Shown: in pieces, positions 53,838 to 63,031 of the stretch
Numbering within the stretch: the stretch's first letter is position 1
Layout: each line of letters begins with the position of its first letter
Origin: a virus
DNA: 64,000 nucleotides
Virus record (IMG/VR): IMGVR_UViG_2885686650_000001
Span: 730 to 64,729 of that record
Strand: one strand, 5' to 3'
Translations under genes and position numbers: made by a program
The notes under the pieces: model-generated
The model's input: only the letters and a program-made list of their open reading frames with translations
The model's database searches: none
What the model was told of the DNA's origin: nothing

Positions 53838-55909
53838 TGGCAACAGAGTTAGGACAAGCCTATGTTCAAATTATGCCTTCTGCTAAGGGAATTTCTGGTG
53901 CAATTTCGCGGCAACTTAATCCAGAAGCATCAGCTGCTGGCCAAAGTGCCGGCGGTTTATTAGGTGGTAAGCTAGTGACTGTCTTGAAAGGCGCGGTTGC
54001 AACAGCTGCAATTGGTAAAGCCATCGCCACTTCGATTTCTGCTGGCGCTGATTTACAACAATCCCTTGGTGGTATTGAGACCTTATTTAAGGGTAGTGCT
54101 GACAAGGTTAAGAAATATGCCAACGAGGCCTATAAAACTTCTGGACTATCCGCTAATGATTATATGGAAAATGTCACTAGTTTTAGTGCGTCATTGTTAC
54201 AGTCGTTGGGCGGTAATACTGCCAAAGCTGCTGATCAAGCTAATACCGCGATGGTCGATATGGCCGATAACTCAAATAAAATGGGCACGTCCTTGGACTT
54301 GATTCAAAACGCTTATCAAGGCTTTGCAAAGCAAAATTACACCATGTTAGATAACTTAAAACTAGGTTACGGTGGTACTAAGACCGAAATGGAACGTCTG
54401 TTAAAAGATGCGACGAAACTAACTGGTGTGAAGTACGACATTAACAATCTTAGTGATGTCTACAGTGCAATTCACGCAGTTCAAGGGCAATTGGGAATTA
54501 CTGGTACGACAGCCAAAGAAGCGGCCTCGACCCTGAGCGGATCCTTAGCTTCAATGAAATCTGCTGCATCAAATGTACTTGCTGGTCTTTCTTTGGGCCA
54601 GGATATTACACCGGCCTTACAGTCCTTAATTTCAACAACATCGACATTTCTGTTTGATAATTTGATACCAATGATTGGTAATATTATTAAAGGTTTACCA
54701 ACGGTTATTTCCACGTTCCTAACTGAGGGTGTTCCACAGTTGTTGGAATCGGTGATGAATTTGATTACACAGGTTGGTGCCGGAATTTCTGAGAGCATAC
54801 CAACTTTTATCAGTAAGTTTAGTCAGCTGATTCCAGCAATCACAACTTGGCTATCAACTAATCTACCGACTTTCCTAAATACTGGCGTGCAAATACTGAC
54901 CAATATTGGAAATGGTATCATTCAGGGATTACCACAATTAATTGGTGTTGCTAGTTCCTTAATTGATACCTTCGTCAGTTTTTTGTTCGAGAATTGGCCT
55001 AAAATTCTAAATTCAGGGGCGACGCTATTAGTCAATTTGATTAGTGGCATTGTCCAGAATTTACCAGCCATTGGTACCAGCGCTATCCAAGCGGCAGGTA
55101 AGTTCATTGATACGATTGTCCAAAAAGCACCAACTTACGTGCAAACTGGTTTTAATATTTTGGCAAAGTTAGTTTCTGGTATTTTGAACAACTTGCCGTC
55201 GCTCATTTCAACAGCATTTTCCCTGGTAACAAAATTTGCTGGGATGATTATCCAAAAACTACCGAGTATCATTGCTGCCGGTGTTGAAATCTTGCTAAGT
55301 CTGATTGGCGGAATTTTAAAATCTTTACCTAGTCTGTTAAAGGCGGTCGGCAGAATTGGTAGTACGATCATCGACAATGTGACAAAAATTGATTTACTAG
55401 GTGCTGGCAAAGCCATCATGGAGTCCTTACTTGAAGGTTTACAAAAAGCTTGGGGTAAAGTGAAAGAGTTTGTCGGCGGAATCGCTGACTGGATCAAGAA
55501 ACATAAAGGCCCAATCAGTTATGACCGTAAATTATTGGTACCTGCTGGTAATGCTATTATGTCAGGACTTAATAGTGGCTTGATCGATGAATTTAAAAAT
55601 GTTAAGCGGACAGTTGCCGGTATGGGATCACAGCTTGGTGTTGAACTACAACCACAAATCGCAACAACTGCCGGCCAATTAACCGCCCAGTTAAATGCTG
55701 ATACAACCAGATTTAACAATTTAGGGAGAGATGATTTTTCTGATACCAATAGTACTAAGGCTTTAGAATTACTGCAGGCGATTGCTGATAAGCGCACAGT
55801 AATTGATGGCTCAAGCGTTAGCAGTGGTTTATCTCCATATATTAGCCAGAAATCCGTATCACGGACACAAACAGTAGAAAGAGGTGGCGCGGTTGAGGTC
55901 AGATTCTAG
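53837..55909 (+). CDS. Tape measure protein (690 aa)
   Basis: ATELGQAYVQIMPS...LDNLKLGYGGTK; hydrophobic repeats. Confidence 0.93.
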   Translation: MATELGQAYVQIMPSAKGISGAISRQLNPEASAAGQSAGGLLGGKLVTVLKGAVATAAIGKAIATSISAGADLQQSLGGIETLFKGSADKVKKYANEAYKTSGLSANDYMENVTSFSASLLQSLGGNTAKAADQANTAMVDMADNSNKMGTSLDLIQNAYQGFAKQNYTMLDNLKLGYGGTKTEMERLLKDATKLTGVKYDINNLSDVYSAIHAVQGQLGITGTTAKEAASTLSGSLASMKSAASNVLAGLSLGQDITPALQSLISTTSTFLFDNLIPMIGNIIKGLPTVISTFLTEGVPQLLESVMNLITQVGAGISESIPTFISKFSQLIPAITTWLSTNLPTFLNTGVQILTNIGNGIIQGLPQLIGVASSLIDTFVSFLFENWPKILNSGATLLVNLISGIVQNLPAIGTSAIQAAGKFIDTIVQKAPTYVQTGFNILAKLVSGILNNLPSLISTAFSLVTKFAGMIIQKLPSIIAAGVEILLSLIGGILKSLPSLLKAVGRIGSTIIDNVTKIDLLGAGKAIMESLLEGLQKAWGKVKEFVGGIADWIKKHKGPISYDRKLLVPAGNAIMSGLNSGLIDEFKNVKRTVAGMGSQLGVELQPQIATTAGQLTAQLNADTTRFNNLGRDDFSDTNSTKALELLQAIADKRTVIDGSSVSSGLSPYISQKSVSRTQTVERGGAVEVRF

Positions 55910-56633
55910 GCAATACGGAGTAACTTTTTGTGGCCAGCATACTTGGAATGATTTAGGTTTGGTGGTTCTGGACAAAAAGATTACTTTTCCTAAAAGAGAC
56001 AAGGCTCAAATAGCGCTACCTTATTCAAGTAAGATTATTGATTTGAGCACACTTTATGGATTACAGCCTTATGTAGAACGAACCATTGAATTAACTTTTT
56101 TGATCATCGACCAGGAAACTTTATCGAAGGATGCTTTGTATAACCGCTGGACTAAAGTAATTAATTTATTTGAATCGCCTGAAGGCAAGTCACCACTGAT
56201 TGATGATATTATGCCGGAGTATTACTATCTGGCCGAACTGGTAGATCCGCCGACGTGGGATGAATACCGATATCATGGCAAGTTCACGTTAAAGTTTGAC
56301 GCGTATCCATTTCGAATTCATGTCAAGCCTGAGGGCGATGATATTTGGGACACATTTAATTTTGAGAGCGACGTGGCACAAATAACCAAGTATGAAGTTA
56401 ATGGTTCTAAGGATATCGAACTAATCAATATCGGTACAAATGAGGTGCAACCAACAATTGTTGCTAATGCGAATTTTGTTTTGATTACTTCTACTAAGAC
56501 AATCAATATTTCAGCTGGCACTACGAACCCTGATCTAGTCCCTTATCCCTTTGTTTTGCCAGTCGGTGAAAGCAAGATTCAGATTCAGGGCACTGGGACA
56601 ATTGAATTTCAATGGCAGAAGGAGTTGATCTAA
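55884..56633 (+). CDS. Distal tail protein (Dit)
   Basis: YYYLAE, DDIWDTFNF; homologous to 26001-26741. Confidence 0.85.
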   Translation: MARLRSDSRQYGVTFCGQHTWNDLGLVVLDKKITFPKRDKAQIALPYSSKIIDLSTLYGLQPYVERTIELTFLIIDQETLSKDALYNRWTKVINLFESPEGKSPLIDDIMPEYYYLAELVDPPTWDEYRYHGKFTLKFDAYPFRIHVKPEGDDIWDTFNFESDVAQITKYEVNGSKDIELINIGTNEVQPTIVANANFVLITSTKTINISAGTTNPDLVPYPFVLPVGESKIQIQGTGTIEFQWQKELI

Positions 56634-58573
56634 TGTACGAGGTGACACTCAGAAATGGGTGGAATGGCGAAGAGATATTAATTCATTCTGGTCACAGTGG
56701 CCGACGACTCCTTAAAGGTCAAATTGTTAAAGCAGTTGGATCATATGATTCTTTCAGTGGAGCCGTCGATCCTACAAACATTGGATACAATCTACTTCGT
56801 CCAATGCAAACTTTTATTAAAGTGACTCGCACTGACAAAGAGCGAGTTTTGTTTGAGGGACGGTTGCTTGATACTCAGCCAGCGATGAGTTCTGAGGGGA
56901 TAGTTAACCAAGACTTTTCTTGTGAGGGTTTAGAGAGCTTTTTACATGATTCCGTTCAACCCTGGGCGGAGTTCCATAACATTTCACCGAAAGATTTCCT
57001 TCAGTCACTGATTACTGAGCATAACAAGCAAGTTGAATCATATAAGCAGATTAAGCTTGGTAATGTTACTGTCACCAATTCAACTGATAACGTTTATCGT
57101 TTTAGTGATGATACCAAGGATACGTACGATAACATCAAGGAAAAGCTACTTGACAAACTTGGCGGGGAAATCCGTATTAGACACGAATTAGATGGCCTAT
57201 ATCTGGACTATGAACCGGTGATTGGAGAGCAATCTAACCAGGTCATCAGGCTTCAGTCTAATTTGATTTCCATTACACAAAAATTAGACCCAACGCCAGT
57301 TATTACAGTATTGAAACCATTAGGAAAGGCCGAAGAACGAACCACAACCGATACCGACACGACTCAGGCCGTCTCAACGCCCAGATTAACTATTGCGACG
57401 GCTAATAGTGGCAGTGAATTTTTACGAGATGAAAACCTCATTAGTCAGTTTGGTATTCTGATCAGGAGCAAGACCTGGGACGATGTGACCAATGCGACAA
57501 TTCTCAAGACTAAGGGTCTAGCGTTTATGAACAGTCAGGAGCCTGTTAAACAGCAAGTCCAAATTAAGGCCGTTGATTTATCGTTAATTGACAAACGGAT
57601 TGATGATTTTATTTGTGGAAATTACTATCACATCATCAACCCAATTATGGCGTTTGATCAGGTACTACGAATTGTCAGTCAGACGATTGATATTTGCGAC
57701 GCTAATAACTCAGTCATTGGTGCCGGCGACGTTCTAATGAGTCAGGAATCTTATAATTTGCAATTAAAACAGAATGCAGAGAACGCTGCTAGAATTGCTG
57801 AAAACTTAAGGCTGACAAATTCGTTGCAGGCTTCTGAGTTAGCTAAACTACAGGCCACGGCGAAGACGCAATCCGAAAAGATTGATTCGCTTGATAAGGC
57901 CGTTAAAGAACTGCAAACACCGGTCGATAAAGGCTATTACGAAGGCTCGATTATCGATGTTAGTTATTACCAGGGATCAATTAATTGGACATCGGTTAAA
58001 AGCGCAGGCCTTGCCCTGGGAATCGTTAGGGTTCAGGACGGCACGACAACGATCGATGCCAACTATAAAACGTATCTTGCTGATATTACTAATCTTGGCC
58101 TTAATTACGCCGTTTATGCGTTCTTCCGTGGCCAGTCTGTTAGTGATTCTGAGCAAGAGGCGGTGAACTTTTACAATCGAACTCAATTGGCAGTCGCTGG
58201 AAAAACGCAGCCAAGATTTTACGCTATCGACGTCGAAACAATTGAAATGGGCGGCAGCGCAAGCTTGATGCGTTCTGGAGTTGAGGCATACATGAATAAG
58301 CTCAACGAGTTAGGTATCCCAGATAGCAAGATTGTCCTGTATATCGCAAACAACCTATACGCTAGCCTGAATCTTAATGTCAGCCGCGCCGGATCAGTTT
58401 GGTTGCCAACTTATGGAGCAAATGATGGGTCGATTCCGACTGATTACAAGCCAAGTTATCCCTATGACCTGTGGCAATACACGAGTAAGGGAACTATTGC
58501 TGGTATATCAGGAAATGTCGATATGAGCACGAATCCAAGCAGTCGATTTAAAGAAGCATATCTTAAAAAGTAA
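56612..58573 (+). CDS. Tal hub with C-terminal GH25 muramidase
   Basis: Colinear with 26741-28678; IIDVSYYQG...IDVE...LWQYTS. Confidence 0.88.
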   Translation: MAEGVDLMYEVTLRNGWNGEEILIHSGHSGRRLLKGQIVKAVGSYDSFSGAVDPTNIGYNLLRPMQTFIKVTRTDKERVLFEGRLLDTQPAMSSEGIVNQDFSCEGLESFLHDSVQPWAEFHNISPKDFLQSLITEHNKQVESYKQIKLGNVTVTNSTDNVYRFSDDTKDTYDNIKEKLLDKLGGEIRIRHELDGLYLDYEPVIGEQSNQVIRLQSNLISITQKLDPTPVITVLKPLGKAEERTTTDTDTTQAVSTPRLTIATANSGSEFLRDENLISQFGILIRSKTWDDVTNATILKTKGLAFMNSQEPVKQQVQIKAVDLSLIDKRIDDFICGNYYHIINPIMAFDQVLRIVSQTIDICDANNSVIGAGDVLMSQESYNLQLKQNAENAARIAENLRLTNSLQASELAKLQATAKTQSEKIDSLDKAVKELQTPVDKGYYEGSIIDVSYYQGSINWTSVKSAGLALGIVRVQDGTTTIDANYKTYLADITNLGLNYAVYAFFRGQSVSDSEQEAVNFYNRTQLAVAGKTQPRFYAIDVETIEMGGSASLMRSGVEAYMNKLNELGIPDSKIVLYIANNLYASLNLNVSRAGSVWLPTYGANDGSIPTDYKPSYPYDLWQYTSKGTIAGISGNVDMSTNPSSRFKEAYLKK

Positions 58574-58581
58574 GGGGTGAG

Positions 58582-59361
58582 ATGATGGCAGAAGGTAAAG
58601 GTGAAGCAGAATATCGCGACCCTGAACACGTTCCGGAAAAACAACAATATGATCCAGACAATGTTAAGCCGCTAGCCCAACAGTTAGCGGCTTTTCTGCG
58701 AACTAAAATGTATGGCAAAGATGTTCGGGAAACACTAGCGCGTTGGATAGAAATAAACTTGGCAGCACTTGAATTTTTGCGAGATGATCAGCAAACGTTT
58801 AAAGTTGATTTAACTGGCAAACAAACGGCCGTAACCAATCGTCAAACGGAAGTTGAGAAGCGACAAACTAATCTCGAAGGACGTTTTACTAATGTTATTG
58901 CTAATGCCACTAAAGACAGCGAAGTAATTGATGCTAGAAGTTCCGCTATTTATGGCTCATTTGGTGTGCTAGATCAGCGGCTAGAAAATATCGAACAGGC
59001 ACTAGCATTATTAGCACCGACTGGTTACACAGTAACGATTAACCACGGCCTAGGTCGCAATCCGACAGTAACGGTTGTCTATTATGAGTATGCGCTGGGC
59101 ACTGAGCCAAACGGCCTGGGAACTGGCCCTGAAGGCACGTTCGGCGGCACACCAAGTAAGACGCTTGAATCGACAGTCAGCTATCCGGACGCCAATACAG
59201 CCAAGATTGATTTGCCAGTTGGTTTTAAATTGACAGGTGATCCGGTATTTCAGCCGGCGGATAATCGCTGGTATATCATTGACGGCTATCGAACGTTAAG
59301 ATTTGACCTGGGAGTTACTGCAGACGACACGCCAAACACTGGTGACCAAAGCCAACTGTGA
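58582..59361 (+). CDS. Baseplate upper protein-like
   Basis: LRTKMYGKDVRETLA; SEVIDAR; INHGLGRNP C-terminal domain. Confidence 0.75.
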   Translation: MMAEGKGEAEYRDPEHVPEKQQYDPDNVKPLAQQLAAFLRTKMYGKDVRETLARWIEINLAALEFLRDDQQTFKVDLTGKQTAVTNRQTEVEKRQTNLEGRFTNVIANATKDSEVIDARSSAIYGSFGVLDQRLENIEQALALLAPTGYTVTINHGLGRNPTVTVVYYEYALGTEPNGLGTGPEGTFGGTPSKTLESTVSYPDANTAKIDLPVGFKLTGDPVFQPADNRWYIIDGYRTLRFDLGVTADDTPNTGDQSQL

Positions 59362-59423
59362 CGGCGCCTAGCAATCTAGTGGTAAGCCCGGATGAAGACA
59401 GTGTCAAACTAGAATGGGAGTGA
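59358..59423 (+). CDS. 21-codon micro-ORF encoding Fn3 strands A-B
   Basis: GTG overlapping the upstream TGA; TAPSNLVVSPDEDSVKLEWE. Confidence 0.55.
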   Translation: MTAPSNLVVSPDEDSVKLEWE

Positions 59424-59427
59424 TGGA

Positions 59428-59916
59428 ATGATTTATTATATTTATCAGAATAATGAAAAAGTGAAAGAAGTCGAAAATGCTAAGACAGTAACCATTACCG
59501 GATTGGCGCCGAATACCAAGTATACTTTTGCAGTCAGCGCATGGAATGGTATTCGCGAAAGTGCTAAGTCTAACGTTGTCACTATTACGACTGCAGCTAT
59601 CCCTGTAACAGCCATTACGTTAACCATTGACAAGACAATGGAAGTTGGCCAAACAGTTAAGGCTGCTATCACATTGACACCAACTAACGCAACTGATAAG
59701 ACGGTCACTTATAAGACGAGTGATACATTAATTGCGACAGTTGGGACTGACGGGTCGGTTAAGGCAATTAAACCGGGAACTGTAACGCTGACAGCCACAG
59801 CTTCGAGCGGCAAAACGGCCACGGCGTCGATTACGATTTACGAAGCCTTAGTGACAGTTACTAATTTGGCCAGTTCGGCCGTTACTTCCAGCGGCGTAAC
59901 ATTAACTTGGTCGTAA
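59428..59916 (+). CDS. Fn3 (strands C-G) + Big_2 Ig domain + Fn3 strands A-B
   Basis: YYIYQN...TITGLAPNTKYTFAVSA; PVTAITL...TPTNATDKTVTY; TNLASSAVTSSGVTLTWS-stop. Confidence 0.85.
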   Translation: MIYYIYQNNEKVKEVENAKTVTITGLAPNTKYTFAVSAWNGIRESAKSNVVTITTAAIPVTAITLTIDKTMEVGQTVKAAITLTPTNATDKTVTYKTSDTLIATVGTDGSVKAIKPGTVTLTATASSGKTATASITIYEALVTVTNLASSAVTSSGVTLTWS

Positions 59917-59933
59917 AGTGAGGTGAGAGCCTC

Positions 59934-60383
59934 ATGCAATATAAGGTTTATCAGGGCACGGTGCTGAAAACTACCGTCACTAGCAAGACTGCTAATATCA
60001 CAGGACTGGCGCCACTGACCAGTTACACATTTGGCGTTGTGGCTAATAATGGGTTGAGAGATAGCGCTAAGGCTAGTCTGACCGTTAAGACACGTGGTGT
60101 TAGGTTTGTTATTCCAACAACGTTAACAGTCGGTGCTACTATTACATTGCGCTATCAGGAGTATTCACTGGGACTAGTTCCGCTGGGTAACGAACCAGCG
60201 GGGATGTTTGGTGGTGGCAATAATGCCAATCTATTGGCTAAAGTTATTTCGACCGCCAGTGGATCAAGTACGGTCGAGTTAACAGTATCAAATGCAAGTT
60301 TTGCGGACGGCACTAAATTAAATAAGTTAGAAGACGGTAGCTTTGGGGCCTTTAACGGTGCTAAAGCTATTTATTTTGGATAG
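59934..60383 (+). CDS. Fn3 (strands C-G) plus a domain shared with the BppU-like protein
   Basis: YKVYQG...NITGLAPLTSYTFGVVA; RBS GAGGTGA. Confidence 0.8.
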   Translation: MQYKVYQGTVLKTTVTSKTANITGLAPLTSYTFGVVANNGLRDSAKASLTVKTRGVRFVIPTTLTVGATITLRYQEYSLGLVPLGNEPAGMFGGGNNANLLAKVISTASGSSTVELTVSNASFADGTKLNKLEDGSFGAFNGAKAIYFG

Positions 60384-60392
60384 AGGTGATCT

Positions 60393-60546
60393 TATGGATA
60401 CCAGTGATTTAAATGTTATTGCCAAAAATCAAACGAAGTTAGCAAAAGCTACTTTAACAGCCATGCTGATTTGCTTACAGCCAACTGATACAATGTCAGT
60501 GAGGAGCGTGAGAAGAAATGAAAGCAAAAAGCGAAAAGAAAATTAG
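60393..60546 (+). CDS. Short tail-region ORF, possibly truncated by the following insert
   Basis: RBS AGAGGTGA; MDTSDLNVIAKNQTKLAKA. Confidence 0.5.
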
Positions 60547-61219
60547 TCTGTTTTTAAGGATAATTGGAACTTCTATTTTGGCAGTTTTACCATTAGTAGC
60601 ATTTTTACTAACTAAGGAATCGGCAGTTTTATGGCCGGTTACAGTTTTATCTGTGATTGGGATCATTGGAATTGATATTAATTGGTACTCGTTATCATTG
60701 CGATATGGTGATGCTGGTGTGGTTATTGTCAAACAATTGGCTGAAGCACAGAAAACTGCAGATCAGATTAATGTTTCTCTGGATAAATTCAACAAAACGG
60801 TATCTTTATTCTTAGATACTAATATGGCCGAGATTGAGGCAACGAATAGATTTGCCACTGGACCAAGACCTGATTATCTGATGAAATTTATTAAATCCGC
60901 AGAAGAAATGATGGTGGACTTTGGTGGTGGCGATTCAGAACAGCAAACCTTATTAGAGGGGGTTAAGGCAAACCTGATCAACTCATATGATGCTGAACTC
61001 AATGTCGCATTTCCAGAGATTGCCCAGGAAGCCAAACAGTACTTTTTTGATGGTTCCGTGAGAACAGATGATTTTTCAGAATACAATTCTAAAAGAGCGG
61101 TTGTTGATTTTGATAGATTACGCAAGATAGATTTAAGTTCGTTAACCTGGCAGAAACAGATTGCTTACAAAAAAATGTTAGATAAACTTGAAACATTCAT
61201 GGAACATTATTTTAATTAA
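60518..61219 (+). CDS. Membrane protein (two N-terminal TMs), moron-like
   Basis: Hydrophobic aa 8-55, soluble acidic remainder; followed by a terminator. Confidence 0.8.
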   Translation: MKAKSEKKISLFLRIIGTSILAVLPLVAFLLTKESAVLWPVTVLSVIGIIGIDINWYSLSLRYGDAGVVIVKQLAEAQKTADQINVSLDKFNKTVSLFLDTNMAEIEATNRFATGPRPDYLMKFIKSAEEMMVDFGGGDSEQQTLLEGVKANLINSYDAELNVAFPEIAQEAKQYFFDGSVRTDDFSEYNSKRAVVDFDRLRKIDLSSLTWQKQIAYKKMLDKLETFMEHYFN

Positions 61220-61227
61220 TTATTTTT

Positions 61228-61254
61228 AAAGACGCCTAATCAGCGTCTTTTTTG
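61228..61254 (+). terminator. Terminator before RBP cassette 1
   Basis: AAAGACGC-ctaatca-GCGTCTTT then T-run. Confidence 0.75.
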
Positions 61255-61276
61255 ATACAGAAAAGGAGAGGTAACT

Positions 61277-61669
61277 ATGGCAGAGTTATCACCGATTTTT
61301 AACGGAATGGAAAACGGCCCGACAGCTATTGATACGAATTTTAAAAATATCAATACTGTTTTGGCCACGTTGAGCGCGACAAGTTCGATGCAAGAAATTA
61401 AAGGAGTTAACGGTGCGGCAAAGTCCGCTTGGCTAACGGTGGATAAGGTATCTCATATCTGTGTACTTGTTATCTGGTCTAAATTGCCCAAAAAAACTAC
61501 TACCATGTATTGGATCCCAGCAGAATATGCGGCACACGCTGATAGAATTCCAGTGATTAAATGCGGGGATCAGGCGACGTTATCAATTAACGGTAATGGG
61601 AACGTTCAACTTTTAGGTAATACAAGCGATTCAGCAGATGCAATCGGTTTTGCGGTTTGGGGGTATTAG
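61277..61669 (+). CDS. Receptor-binding/fibre protein, cassette 1
   Basis: IFNGMENGPTAIDTNF N-terminus; beta-rich head. Confidence 0.7.
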   Translation: MAELSPIFNGMENGPTAIDTNFKNINTVLATLSATSSMQEIKGVNGAAKSAWLTVDKVSHICVLVIWSKLPKKTTTMYWIPAEYAAHADRIPVIKCGDQATLSINGNGNVQLLGNTSDSADAIGFAVWGY

Positions 61670-61670
61670 G

Positions 61671-61943
61671 ATGGACAAATTAATTTATTTTTACAAAGAT
61701 GATTTAAGTTTTGATCATGTTGGTGTGATTGTAAAAGGTGAAAAGGTTCCTGAAAATGCTACTTTAGCGGCACCACAAGGATATGAACCTTTTACTTATG
61801 ATCAGGCAACAGATACTTGGTCAGGAATTGATGAAAAGACTTGGAATGCAAGTCATCCTGATATTAGTCCGGAACCAACCGAACAAGATAAAATCAACGC
61901 GATGGTTTTCGAACAAATCGCAGCACTTCAAACTGAAAAATAA
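61671..61943 (+). CDS. Fibre chaperone-like protein, cassette 1
   Basis: PENATLAAP...YDQATDTW...PEPTEQDKINA. Confidence 0.65.
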   Translation: MDKLIYFYKDDLSFDHVGVIVKGEKVPENATLAAPQGYEPFTYDQATDTWSGIDEKTWNASHPDISPEPTEQDKINAMVFEQIAALQTEK

Positions 61944-61956
61944 GGAGAATATTAAT

Positions 61957-61995
61957 ATGAATATTTTAACCGTCCAAAAAGTCGGGGGGGGGTAA
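61957..61995 (+). other. 12-codon leader ORF ending in a G9 tract
   Basis: RBS AAGGAG; MNILTVQKVGGG-TAA; G run 61984-61992. Confidence 0.6.
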
Positions 61996-62050
61996 AAATA
62001 CCCTAACCACGGGCTTTATAGCTTGTATAAAAAATAAATATCGTTCGGGA

Positions 62051-62086
62051 TAGCACTGATTAACTGCCATAGTCAGTGCTATTTTT
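62051..62086 (+). terminator. Terminator-like hairpin before RBP cassette 2
   Basis: TAGCACTGA...TCAGTGCTA then T5. Confidence 0.7.
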
Positions 62087-62110
62087 GAACTCAAAAAAGG
62101 AGAAAAAATA

Positions 62111-62569
62111 ATGGCACTGATTAAAATTTTCAAGGGCATAGAAAATGGTCCTGAGGCAATTGATGATAATTTCAATTTTCTAGATCAAAACAAACCTAAT
62201 AAGACCGACGTCGAGTCAAAGGTAGATATCAGTATTTGGCATAATGAGCCAATGCGTAATGGTTTTACAGGAAGCGTTCACTGGCGAGTAATGAAGTTTG
62301 CATCATCGGATGCAAAATTAGTTGAAATTATTGCAACTGTGGGTAATTTGGCTGGTAATTCGGGGAAATATTTGTGTGACTTTCCTGCAGAGTTAGTACC
62401 CGCCAGAGAGATTCCGTTGAATTGGGCGCAATCTCGTAACAATGACTTTGATAAGGTCGGAGTGAGTCTAGGGGGAGAAAAAACCAGTTTACGTTTAAAT
62501 TTTACTGTTGGCGGCCCTAGCAATCTTTCTGTTGATATCCATCAGATGTATTGGACTGATCTTATTTAG
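62111..62569 (+). CDS. Receptor-binding/fibre protein, cassette 2
   Basis: IFKGIENGPEAIDDNF N-terminus; different head. Confidence 0.7.
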   Translation: MALIKIFKGIENGPEAIDDNFNFLDQNKPNKTDVESKVDISIWHNEPMRNGFTGSVHWRVMKFASSDAKLVEIIATVGNLAGNSGKYLCDFPAELVPAREIPLNWAQSRNNDFDKVGVSLGGEKTSLRLNFTVGGPSNLSVDIHQMYWTDLI

Positions 62570-62582
62570 GAGGAATCTAGAA

Positions 62583-62870
62583 ATGAATAAATGGTATTTA
62601 TTTGATAAAAGCACTGGAGCATATGAGTTTAATTATTTGGAAGCTACTAAACAGCCTGAAAATTCGACGGACGTTGATCCTGGTGATCTAACGAATCCTG
62701 TTTGGGATGGAAATCAATGGGTTGCTGGGCAAAGTGAAGTGCCAGAAGAACAGCCTACTCAGCAGGAACAGCTAAATGCTAGTGTGCTGGCTCAGATTGC
62801 CCAGAACAAGGCTGACCAGGATAAATTCAATGCTCAAATTCTACTGGCAATGGCCAAAGGAGGAAATTAA
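62583..62870 (+). CDS. Fibre chaperone-like protein, cassette 2
   Basis: PENSTDVDP...PVWDGNQWV...PTQQEQLNA. Confidence 0.7.
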   Translation: MNKWYLFDKSTGAYEFNYLEATKQPENSTDVDPGDLTNPVWDGNQWVAGQSEVPEEQPTQQEQLNASVLAQIAQNKADQDKFNAQILLAMAKGGN

Positions 62871-62871
62871 T

Positions 62872-62997
62872 ATGTATCAATACATTGTTAAGTATTACAA
62901 GATGGGTCTTTACGAAGACTCACAGTTAGATATTTTTGTATCAGCAGGGATGATGACTGCAGACCAAAAAGAAGAGTTAATTACTGAAAAATCATAA
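62872..62997 (+). CDS. XkdX-family peptide
   Basis: MYQYIVKYYKMGLYEDSQLDIFVSAGMMTADQKEELI. Confidence 0.8.
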   Translation: MYQYIVKYYKMGLYEDSQLDIFVSAGMMTADQKEELITEKS

Positions 62998-63031
62998 GTT
63001 TATTTTTGCAAACGAAAAGAGGTGAGGGACT

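Noticed and set aside
59411-59940. Stop-codon read-through or one assembly indel as the cause of the split Fn3 domains
   Set aside because: Downstream ORFs are out of frame in two different directions and each has its own SD
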